A stretch of DNA of 64,000 bases from Candidatus Nezhaarchaeales archaeon. GTDB taxonomy: Archaea; Thermoproteota; Methanomethylicia; Nezhaarchaeales; WYZ-LMO8. Numbering within the stretch: position 1 is the stretch's first letter; each line of letters opens with the position of its first letter. A program made the position numbers and the translations under genes. The notes under the pieces were generated by a model. That model did no database searches. It was not told where the DNA came from and worked only from the letters and a program-made list of their open reading frames with translations. The DNA lies in NCBI GenBank assembly GCA_038887515.1, contig JAWAKK010000001.1, forward strand, positions 96,001 to 160,000, given 5' to 3'. Below, piece by piece: positions 10,160 through 18,257 of the stretch.

Positions 10160-10644
10160 TTGCTTTTTTTAGGTGTACTCACACCGATTTCATAGACATA
10201 TATTTTGTGGTCACACCAATAATCCTTTACGCTCTCGACATGAATTGGTTTCCAGCCAGGTACCTCAAAGTCGTGAGATACTACCCTAGCACCAATCCTT
10301 AATTCTTTTTCAAGTTTAGGCTTTAACTTCTCATTGACGCTCGTCAGTAGGTATAATGTCACAACGCTAGCCTCGCTTATGTCTACTTGGAAAAAGTCAC
10401 CATTAATCACTTTAACCCTCCCCTCGAGACCATCCATTTTAACCTTTTTCAATATCTGCTCATAAAGATCCTTTCTTATTTCAACACCAACGGCCTTAGC
10501 CCCGAACTCCCTTGCCGCCATAACTATTATCCTACCATCACCTGCACCTAAATCGTACACCACATCGTTAGGGCCAACATTAGCTAGCTCAAGCATCCTT
10601 CGAACAACGTGCTCTGGAGTAGATACAAAGGGGACGTCGACCAC
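10156..10644 (-). CDS. Class I SAM-dependent methyltransferase, archaeal protein-lysine methyltransferase (aKMT)-like
   Basis: VPFVSTP, YDLGAGDGRI, TLYLL and RVVSHDF motifs. Confidence 0.85.
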   Translation of the reverse strand: MVDVPFVSTPEHVVRRMLELANVGPNDVVYDLGAGDGRIIVMAAREFGAKAVGVEIRKDLYEQILKKVKMDGLEGRVKVINGDFFQVDISEASVVTLYLLTSVNEKLKPKLEKELRIGARVVSHDFEVPGWKPIHVESVKDYWCDHKIYVYEIGVSTPKKSN

Positions 10645-10799
10645 TCTAACCCCCTTCTTAGGGGAGGGGATCGTGCCTAAATTTATTTTGTTCCGTTTTT
10701 TAAATGGACGCTTTAATGGATCTCAAAGGTGCTGCGATGTTCTTCCAAGTCAATAGAGAAGAAGGGGACAAAGTTAAAAGTGACCACTGTTAATCCTTC

Positions 10800-11228
10800 T
10801 TGAGGGTTGAGAAATTGATGTACCAACCTGACCGTACGCTCCTTAAGAGTCTGGTAGAGTGGGTCGAAAGCCAGAAGAAAGCCCTTGAAGGTGCCAAGGA
10901 GTCACTAAAAGAGCTAGAAGGGGCTGATAGGCTAATGTTGATATTGGCTTCTAGGAATGCTTGTTACCATATAGCTAGGACCATTAGAGGGTTCGACAGC
11001 TGGCTTCAAAACCCCATGGTTATAGGACTTATGCCGCCAGAAATGGTCAAAGAAGTTCAAGAGAAACTCTATGAGATAATGTTCATGTTAATGGAGTTCG
11101 ATATAAAGCACACAAGCGAGTTTGTCGAGCTACTATCGAAACTTATGGATGAAGGAAAGTTGCCAAAAGTACTTTTCGAAAAACCTGAAAGAAAGGAGGA
11201 AGGGCGAAGGCTTCCGTACATGTTCTAG
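10800..11228 (+). CDS. DUF2153-family protein
   Basis: EWVESQK...DRL...HIARTIRGFDSWLQNP...DIKHTS pattern. Confidence 0.75.
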   Translation: MRVEKLMYQPDRTLLKSLVEWVESQKKALEGAKESLKELEGADRLMLILASRNACYHIARTIRGFDSWLQNPMVIGLMPPEMVKEVQEKLYEIMFMLMEFDIKHTSEFVELLSKLMDEGKLPKVLFEKPERKEEGRRLPYMF

Positions 11229-12094
11229 AGATTTTTTATACATTCGCTAAAGGCAAAAACTTGGTCTGAGACTTCAAAGATAGGAAGACCAACAATGATT
11301 GATACGCCATGGTTTACTACCTCCCTAATTTTATTTATGACGTCTTCTTTAGTGCCATAGATGCTAAGTCTTGAAACAGCCTCTTGCAGAACTTCCATGA
11401 GTTTTGGTGGCAGATCTGTTACCTTAAGATTAGAAGGCAGGGCATAACCAAGTTCAACCAGCTTCTTCTTCAACCAACTCCTCCTTAAAACATAGTCTGC
11501 CATCGCTGTCACTACATCCCTTACCGGTTTATCTATAGCGTAGGGTACATAAATAGCGCACTCGAATCCTCGTTTAGAATAATTCTCGATAAAGTCCAGC
11601 TTCTCTCTATCGTATAAAAAGAAAAGAGTTACTTCAGGGTAAGAGCTTACTATATCGCTTAAGCGCTTCTCTATCCCTTCAATCCCTAGAAAAATCTTTG
11701 AAACTCTTCCGTACGACTGATCTAAGACCCTCCTTATGGACTTATAAGATTTTTGAAGAGCTTCGTCGCCTTCAAGGTAAATGCTGTTTCCAGCTACCAC
11801 GCACAATCCAGCGTTTCCAGCTTCTTCAATTACCGGAATGTAAAGCCTCAATAACTGATCTACATCCTTGCGCCTCGTAGCTATGGTTATAAAGGTCTTA
11901 ACGTTAGGAAAAAGTCCAAGTAACTCTTCTAACTCACTTGGAGAAACATCATTTATCCTCCACTCGGAATCTATCACGTGAATTTTTAAACCAGCTTGAG
12001 AAATTAGCTTTGTAGTCTCTAAGGTCTTTGTTATCTGTTCGTTGATGCTGAGACCGAACCTACTCCTTTTAGTCGCTTTCCCCCCCACAAACAT
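11225..12094 (-). CDS. Divergent luciferase-like/Mer-like TIM-barrel protein
   Basis: N-terminal RFGLSIN and C-terminal SIYGTKEDVINKIREVVNHGVSIIVGLPI resemble Mer/LLM termini. Confidence 0.5.
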   Translation of the reverse strand: MFVGGKATKRSRFGLSINEQITKTLETTKLISQAGLKIHVIDSEWRINDVSPSELEELLGLFPNVKTFITIATRRKDVDQLLRLYIPVIEEAGNAGLCVVAGNSIYLEGDEALQKSYKSIRRVLDQSYGRVSKIFLGIEGIEKRLSDIVSSYPEVTLFFLYDREKLDFIENYSKRGFECAIYVPYAIDKPVRDVVTAMADYVLRRSWLKKKLVELGYALPSNLKVTDLPPKLMEVLQEAVSRLSIYGTKEDVINKIREVVNHGVSIIVGLPIFEVSDQVFAFSECIKNL

Positions 12095-12156
12095 TCACAC
12101 AACACCTGAAGTCGAGCTTCTTAGAGACAACTTTAACTCGAAGATTTAAAATTAGT

Positions 12157-13068
12157 TTGGGGGTCGTAAAGTTGAACGTTATGGACTTCTATGTTGTGAG
12201 GGTACCATATAGGTTCTTTGAACTTCAAAATGATATTGATGAAGCTAAGCTAGTGCTACTTGGCTTCCCTTATGATTCAACTTCGAGCTTTAGAGTCGGC
12301 TCTCGCTTTGCCCCTCAATATTTAAGGATATATTCATCGGCCATTGAAGGCTACGTCTGGGAGTTAGGGGTTGAAGTATCCGAAACAAAAATTGCCGATG
12401 TTGGAGACATTATGGTAGTCCACGGAGACACTCTCACAAGCTTAAAGCGGCTTAGTGAAGTTGTCAAGACCTTAAATTCCATGGGAAAGAAGGTAGGTGT
12501 TGTGGGGGGCGAGCATACATTAACCCTAGGCTCAGCACTTAGTTGCAATCCTAAATCGCTTTTGATTTTTGACGCTCACTTAGATTTTAGAGACGAATAC
12601 CCCTACGGACAGAGATTGAGCCACGCTACCTGGCTTAAAAGACTTGTAGAAAGAGAGCCAAAGTATAACGTCATAGTCGTAGGAGTAAGGGCAGTATCAA
12701 AAGAGGAGTTGAAGAGTTTAAGGGGATCGGATTTAAAGTTTTTGACCTTTAGGCAGATACAAAAAGAGGGGTTAAAGACCTTTGAGGACGTTCTAAGCAC
12801 TACTTCAGATCCCTTATATGTTAGCGTCGACGTCGACGTATTAGATCCAGCATATGCACCAGGTGTTTCGACTCCAGAACCTCTTGGCTTAACTCTTCGA
12901 GAGTTACTCGATGGACTTTGGAGCGTGAAAGGTAGGGAGATCATAGGCTTTGACGTTGTAGAGGTTTGTCCTCCATATGACAACGGCTCTACCTGTACCT
13001 CAGCTTGCAAGATATTGATGGATCTATCTATGATGTCGTTAACGAGCTTTAATTTTCCTAACTATTAA
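12157..13068 (+). CDS. speB: Agmatinase (ureohydrolase family)
   Basis: GGEH, DAHLD and SVDVDVLDPAYAPGVSTPEP motifs. Confidence 0.9.
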   Translation: MGVVKLNVMDFYVVRVPYRFFELQNDIDEAKLVLLGFPYDSTSSFRVGSRFAPQYLRIYSSAIEGYVWELGVEVSETKIADVGDIMVVHGDTLTSLKRLSEVVKTLNSMGKKVGVVGGEHTLTLGSALSCNPKSLLIFDAHLDFRDEYPYGQRLSHATWLKRLVEREPKYNVIVVGVRAVSKEELKSLRGSDLKFLTFRQIQKEGLKTFEDVLSTTSDPLYVSVDVDVLDPAYAPGVSTPEPLGLTLRELLDGLWSVKGREIIGFDVVEVCPPYDNGSTCTSACKILMDLSMMSLTSFNFPNY

Positions 13069-13185
13069 AGGTGGTATTTTAAACATGATCCTAGCATCGC
13101 AGTAGGGACACCTAACGCCAAGGCTTTTTATCATCTCTTCTAAGGAGAAGACATTACCACAGCGTATACATTTATACTGTACCAT
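13039..13185 (-). CDS. rpoP: RNA polymerase subunit P (Rpo12), 48 aa, absent from the ORF track
   Basis: MVQYKCIRCGNVFSLEEMIKSLGVRCPYCDARIMFKIPPLIVRKIKAR: YxCxxCG...RCPYC...I.FK...KAR. Confidence 0.92.
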   Translation of the reverse strand: MVQYKCIRCGNVFSLEEMIKSLGVRCPYCDARIMFKIPPLIVRKIKAR

Positions 13186-13288
13186 TATTGACACCATGAG
13201 TCGACGTTTTGTAATCTATCCTCTATGTATAGGATAACCTTTATAAACTCACCTAATCTTCAATCACAGAAGGAGCTGATAGAAGTTA

Positions 13289-13597
13289 ATGAGCGAAACA
13301 TGCCCTGTATGTGGGCTACCGAAAGACCTTTGCGTTTGTGAAGCTATCGATCGCGAGCAACAGATCATAAGGATATACCTTGAGAAACGCAAGTGGGGTA
13401 GGGAAGTCACAATTATAGAAGGCATAGATGAGAGGAGTTGTGACCTTAAGAGCATAGCTGGTAAGCTCAAAACCCTTTGTGCTTGTGGTGGAACAGCGAA
13501 GAACGGGAAAATAGAGCTACAAGGTGATCATAGGCAGAAGGCCAGAGAGACGCTCATAAGCATGGGCTTTCCGCCAGAGAACATAAGCGTTGAATGA
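13289..13597 (+). CDS. sui1: Translation initiation factor aIF-1 (SUI1)
   Basis: [20 protein letters not shown] and IELQGDHR motifs. Confidence 0.95.
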   Translation: MSETCPVCGLPKDLCVCEAIDREQQIIRIYLEKRKWGREVTIIEGIDERSCDLKSIAGKLKTLCACGGTAKNGKIELQGDHRQKARETLISMGFPPENISVE

Positions 13598-13637
13598 TCA
13601 TAACAGCTGTAGGCGTACCATGAGAATTAGGGTACGA

Positions 13638-14165
13638 TTACTTGTGAATGTACTTGTCGTTCTTAACTATTTCTTTTATTCTCTCTACCCCTCCTATCCT
13701 CTTTATAACTTCGGCTACAGCCTTTGGAACATACATTTCCCAACCACCATTCTCTATCATTAGTCTCCGTATGTGTGTAGCATCATATTTATCTCGTTCA
13801 AAGAATGGGATTTCTTTAACTTCAACTCCCGCCTCTACGAAGAGCCTCTTCGTTAAAGGAGAGTTTGTATAAACTCTTGAGAAAGGGGGACAGTATTGTT
13901 TAACTACTTGGACCCACAAGGCGTGCTGTCCTATGTCTGGTATTGGAATAATTATGCACCTATCAGAGAGCCCCTCTTCCTCTAAGGTTGCTAAGATCAT
14001 CTCTACCCTCTCACCTACCGTGAACGGATTATCGAGAGTATGGCTATATTGCGCAGATCCTATTCCAATGATTAGCTTCCTTTCCTGTTGCAGTATCCAC
14101 TTAGTAGCAGCTAAATGACCCAAATGGTATGGCTGAAATCTACCTATGAATAGCGCCATAGACAT
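13638..14165 (-). CDS. nadM: Nicotinamide-nucleotide adenylyltransferase
   Basis: GRFQPYHLGH, GIGSAQYSH and NPFTVGER motifs. Confidence 0.93.
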   Translation of the reverse strand: MSMALFIGRFQPYHLGHLAATKWILQQERKLIIGIGSAQYSHTLDNPFTVGERVEMILATLEEEGLSDRCIIIPIPDIGQHALWVQVVKQYCPPFSRVYTNSPLTKRLFVEAGVEVKEIPFFERDKYDATHIRRLMIENGGWEMYVPKAVAEVIKRIGGVERIKEIVKNDKYIHK

Positions 14166-14258
14166 GCTTCATCACGTAAATGGCCCTATAATTACTAGCT
14201 TTCGTTCATAAATTAATTATGGTAACGTGTTGCATTATTTCAGTACGACAGCTATGTA

Positions 14259-15044
14259 TTAAAGGGGTGGTAGTAAAGCTTCTCCTGGTCTTATGGATTT
14301 AAGCAAGTTGAGAAGCTCTTGCTGACTAATGGCCTTAGATATTGCTAATGGTACACCTTCATTCTTCGCTATTATAACAGCTAATTTGTCTACAGTCTTA
14401 GCTCCGTGGAGTACTATCAGACCCGGCTTCAAACTACCTAAACCGGCTTGCATAGCTTTAAGTGCTACTAGAGGCGACCTTCCAGTACTAACTCTAACGA
14501 ATATTGCTGCTCTCTGGGAGGTTGAACCATAAAGTTTAAGGTAGTCACTTGATGGGACCTCTAAGACCAACTTAATGCTATCTACTACTGTGTAGCCGAG
14601 TAACGGTTTGAACTCTGTATCTTCACCTACTATGAGTTCGGCTTTTATATGTTTACAGAATTCTCCTAAGCTTATGGGTTCTACGAAGTCCCTTATATCA
14701 ATGATAGCTTCTCGTAATGCCTCAGATCCCGTGTATAATCTTCTTAATGGCTCTGTTATCCTTCCTCCTCTTTCATCATCTATCTTAATGAGGGCTGAAA
14801 CTACTTTCCTTACAAACCCTATACCAGGGGACTTCCTTCTCCCACTTTCGTAGTCTGATATAACAGAAGGCGAAACCTTCAAAAAGTGGGCTAACTCGGT
14901 TGTGGAGACCATAAACCTCTGGCGCCAGCTCCTAAGAGCCTGCCCTACGTCGTCTGAGAATATTATTTCGCCTGCTATCCTTACAGCTAGCTCCCGCTGA
15001 CTTGTTGTTAACTCAATTCCAGTCATTGCCGTCATTAAAACCAT
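14259..15044 (-). CDS. Predicted archaeal XRE-HTH transcriptional regulator (COG1709-like)
   Basis: IAGEI, SPSVISDYESGRRKSPG, GYTVVDS and VSTGRSP motifs. Confidence 0.85.
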   Translation of the reverse strand: MVLMTAMTGIELTTSQRELAVRIAGEIIFSDDVGQALRSWRQRFMVSTTELAHFLKVSPSVISDYESGRRKSPGIGFVRKVVSALIKIDDERGGRITEPLRRLYTGSEALREAIIDIRDFVEPISLGEFCKHIKAELIVGEDTEFKPLLGYTVVDSIKLVLEVPSSDYLKLYGSTSQRAAIFVRVSTGRSPLVALKAMQAGLGSLKPGLIVLHGAKTVDKLAVIIAKNEGVPLAISKAISQQELLNLLKSIRPGEALLPPL

Positions 15045-15093
15045 CTACGCAACACGTTTTTAGCTCTTCTCCTCTACGAAAAATTAGAAATTC

Positions 15094-15813
15094 ATGAAGA
15101 AGATCGAAGAAAAAGCGCGGGCCAAAATGAGGGACATCATCGAGACCTATGATGCGATAGCGGAGGGCTTCTCTAACACTCGTCGTTATCCTTGGATTGA
15201 GATAGTCCATCTACTTGGCGAAATATCGAATAAAACACTTTTGGACATTGGATGTGGAAATGGAAGGCACTTAGTAGAACTCGCTAAAGGAGCAAGCATA
15301 GCAGTAGGCATAGACTTGTCAAAGAAGCTAATTAAGATAGCTAAGACTCGAATATCTAGGCTAGGAGTTACGCATAAAGCAATGCTCGTCTTAGGCGACA
15401 TGCTCTTTATGCCCTTTAGACCTGAAAGCTTCGATTCCATCGCATGCATAGCGGTGATGCATCACGTGCCGACCAAAAATTTGAGACAGCTAGCTGTTTC
15501 AGAAATAGCTAGAGTTCTTAGGAGTGGCGGGCTAGCAGTCATATCGGCTTGGTACAGATGGCAGAAGAAATTTGTCTTTGATGTTCTAAAAAGCTTCTTC
15601 ATGAAGCTCGTGGGCGTAGTATTTGAATTTGGGGACACTTACATTTCTTGGAAGTCGAAGGGAAAGATATTCAAAAGGTTCTTCCACATATTTACAATAA
15701 GCGAGATGAAGGACTTAATAAATATCGAGGCCTTCGAATTTAAAGACTTAAAACTAGTTGCCATCGGGAGTAAGAGGTTAATGAACGTTGTAGCAGTAGT
15801 TGCTAAGCGTTAA
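15094..15813 (+). CDS. Class I SAM methyltransferase, Trm9/ALKBH8-like
   Basis: YDAIAEGFSNTRRYPW, DIGCGNGR and IAVMHH...R...EIARVLRSGG. Confidence 0.75.
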   Translation: MKKIEEKARAKMRDIIETYDAIAEGFSNTRRYPWIEIVHLLGEISNKTLLDIGCGNGRHLVELAKGASIAVGIDLSKKLIKIAKTRISRLGVTHKAMLVLGDMLFMPFRPESFDSIACIAVMHHVPTKNLRQLAVSEIARVLRSGGLAVISAWYRWQKKFVFDVLKSFFMKLVGVVFEFGDTYISWKSKGKIFKRFFHIFTISEMKDLINIEAFEFKDLKLVAIGSKRLMNVVAVVAKR

Positions 15814-15845
15814 CGCTAATACTAACTTCTTCGAAATATCACTTT

Positions 15846-16502
15846 GTGAGCAATATGTCTATAACAATAGCTTGGCATGGGCACGCCTGCTTTGAAATTA
15901 AAAACCACGTAACGATAGTGGTAGACCCTCATGATGGTACATCCATTGGGATAAAACCCCCGTCGGCTAAGGCTGACTTAGTCTTGATATCTCATAAACA
16001 CTTCGATCATGCTAATGGCTTAATGTTTGTCAAGAAAAATGGCACCGTAGTAATAGATAAGCCGGGTAATTATGAAGTCAAGGGAGTGAAAGTGGTGGGG
16101 ATACCCACCTATCACGATGAATGTCGAGGAGCTAAACGTGGATTAAATACAGTTTACCTCTTTGAATATGATGAAGTTAGGTTCTGTCATTTAGGCGACT
16201 TGGGGCATGTGTTAAGTGAAGATCAAGCCCGTTTCTTAAGACCAGTAGACGTCCTCATGATTCCTGTCGGAGGAACCTTTACTATAGACGCAAAGCAAGC
16301 TAATGAAATTATGAACTTACTATCACCGAGAATAGCAATACCGATGCACTATAAGACGCCTGGACTAAATCTACCGATAGTTGGCGTTGAAGGTTTTATT
16401 GCTGGAAAGACGAATGTAGAACGCTCACAGTCAAATACATACAGGGTATCTAAAGAGACTCTGCCTAGTAAGTTAAAAATAGTTGTGTTAAGTCCACTGT
16501 AA
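15846..16502 (+). CDS. MBL-fold metallo-hydrolase
   Basis: GHACF, SHKHFDH, HLGDLG, IPVGG and IPMHY motifs. Confidence 0.9.
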   Translation: MSNMSITIAWHGHACFEIKNHVTIVVDPHDGTSIGIKPPSAKADLVLISHKHFDHANGLMFVKKNGTVVIDKPGNYEVKGVKVVGIPTYHDECRGAKRGLNTVYLFEYDEVRFCHLGDLGHVLSEDQARFLRPVDVLMIPVGGTFTIDAKQANEIMNLLSPRIAIPMHYKTPGLNLPIVGVEGFIAGKTNVERSQSNTYRVSKETLPSKLKIVVLSPL

Positions 16503-16643
16503 CCGACTTAAGTCTCTTATGTGATGTGACTCTTAGGGGATCTAGTGCATGGTCTTTGGGCTAACGTGTTTCATAAAGGTTGCCACAAGAATTTCTCGAA
16601 CCTCAATAACCGAAGATGGTTCAGAAGAAGTGCGAGTTGATGC

Positions 16644-16961
16644 ATGTTGTCGACCATAATAATATCGCCTGAATTCGATATAATACTCGATCCTGAAAAT
16701 ATGGTGATAGGTGAAGCTAGAAGCGACTTAGCTTTACTAGACGTTACGCCCATAGACAAGAAGATTGGCGAGCTCAATGACATAATAGATGTACTGTTCT
16801 GGTCTTTCGATCCAAAAGTATCGACTTCAACGACGCCTAGATCCGGGAAAAGGGGGTTGCCGTTAAAGGTTTACTACTTGCCAGACATGATACTAGGCTT
16901 CCTCGTAGGCTTAGCGCTGTTCAGCCTAATAATAGCGATGCACTTTACATTAACTCTATGA
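16644..16961 (+). CDS. mtrB: Tetrahydromethanopterin S-methyltransferase subunit B
   Basis: ISPEFDIILDP...IGE, I..LNDIIDVL..SFDP, C-terminal TM helix GFLVGL; directly before mtrA. Confidence 0.8.
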   Translation: MLSTIIISPEFDIILDPENMVIGEARSDLALLDVTPIDKKIGELNDIIDVLFWSFDPKVSTSTTPRSGKRGLPLKVYYLPDMILGFLVGLALFSLIIAMHFTLTL

Positions 16962-16994
16962 ATGCTAACGCAAAAATATTAAAGAGTGAGGTAA

Positions 16995-17768
16995 ATGTTC
17001 GTGAGAACCCTTCAAAAAATGAAAGTTGAGCTGGCACCAAATTGGCCCGTAGCGGTTGGAGACTACGTAGTTGGAGATCCTAAAGGTTGTGTTGCGATAT
17101 GTACGTTGGGGTCTGAAGGGATATGCTCATTCCTAGTAAAAATGCCGGGAGTCGCAATAGTTGGACCTTGTAAAACTGAGAACGTAGGTTTAGAGAAAAT
17201 AATATTAAACGTAATATCAAATCCAAACATTAGGTTTTTAATAGTATGCGGAATCGAAGTTACAGGCCACTTACCAGGTCTCTCCTTTAAAGCTCTTTAC
17301 GAAAACGGCATAGAGCCGGCAACTAAGAGAATCAAGGAAGCACCTGGAGCAATACCTTATATAGAACACTTGACCGTTGAAGCTGTGGAACGTTTTCAAA
17401 AACAGGTACAATTTATAGACATGATAGGGGTTGAAGACATAAACATAATTAAAGCTAAAGTCGAAGAACTCGTAACACAAGATCCAGGAGCTTACCCTGA
17501 GCCTCCATTTATCGTAGATATCGAGAAAAAAGAGACGAGAGAAACCACTATACCTAAGTTAATTTTGGTTCCATCAATCACACCATCACTGTCAACCCTA
17601 TCGGCATTAATGAGTGACGTAAAGCGTAGAGTGCAATTAATAGAAAGAGAAAGGAAAATTATAACTGCTGTAGAAGTTACAAGAGCTTGGAGTATAGTAG
17701 CGGGGATATTACTTGCCTTCTTGCTCTTTGGTCTACTAGCACTTGTAGTGATTTTAGGAGGAACATAA
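16995..17768 (+). CDS. mtrA: MtrA corrinoid-binding domain fused to an MtrF-like stalk/TM
   Basis: WP..GDY.VGDP, CTLGS, KTENVGLEK, SNPNIRF, EVTGH (Co ligand His), GAIPYIE; C-terminal DVKRRVQLIER...TR...GILLAFLL is MtrF-like. Confidence 0.93.
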   Translation: MFVRTLQKMKVELAPNWPVAVGDYVVGDPKGCVAICTLGSEGICSFLVKMPGVAIVGPCKTENVGLEKIILNVISNPNIRFLIVCGIEVTGHLPGLSFKALYENGIEPATKRIKEAPGAIPYIEHLTVEAVERFQKQVQFIDMIGVEDINIIKAKVEELVTQDPGAYPEPPFIVDIEKKETRETTIPKLILVPSITPSLSTLSALMSDVKRRVQLIERERKIITAVEVTRAWSIVAGILLAFLLFGLLALVVILGGT

Positions 17769-17769
17769 A

Positions 17770-17973
17770 GTGTCTTCCAAAAGAACCAAGGAAGCGTATA
17801 CAGCTGAAATTGCTTACATCGAAGCTAGAATTAACGATATAACGACGAGAATACAAATGATCGGAGAGAAAGGTAGGTTCACCACGGGGTTTTATCGGGG
17901 CTTCTTTAAAGGCTTCATAATTGGATTGATGGTATCGATAGTGTTACTAACATCAATATTGATAGTTATGTGA
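17770..17973 (+). CDS. Small single-TM Mtr stalk subunit (sits at the mtrF position; sequence resembles the MtrA C-terminal anchor)
   Basis: EIAYIEARINDITTRIQMIG...G...KGFIIGL; located between mtrA and mtrG. Confidence 0.7.
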   Translation: MSSKRTKEAYTAEIAYIEARINDITTRIQMIGEKGRFTTGFYRGFFKGFIIGLMVSIVLLTSILIVM

Positions 17974-17988
17974 GAGGCGCAAAGTAAT

Positions 17989-18216
17989 ATGTCGCTCGAT
18001 GAGGAAGAATTTAGAGTACCGACAGTTATAGCTCCACCGGAAATCGTTCAACTACATTCAAAGCTTAATGCAATAAACGAAAAAGTGAACTTCACGCTCA
18101 GCGAAGTAGCTCACAAAGAAGGTCTAAGAATGGGTAGCTATATAGGTTTCCTTTACGGTTTCTTAACAGGCTCTATGATAATGTTAGTACTTAAGTTTGT
18201 ACTTAGGATCCTGTGA
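17989..18216 (+). CDS. mtrG: Mtr subunit G
   Basis: VPTV...KLNAINEKVNFTLSE...G...IGFLYG. Confidence 0.85.
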   Translation: MSLDEEEFRVPTVIAPPEIVQLHSKLNAINEKVNFTLSEVAHKEGLRMGSYIGFLYGFLTGSMIMLVLKFVLRIL

Positions 18217-18257
18217 GGAGCTGAAATTAGCGTTTTATAGACCCAGCGATGAACTAT

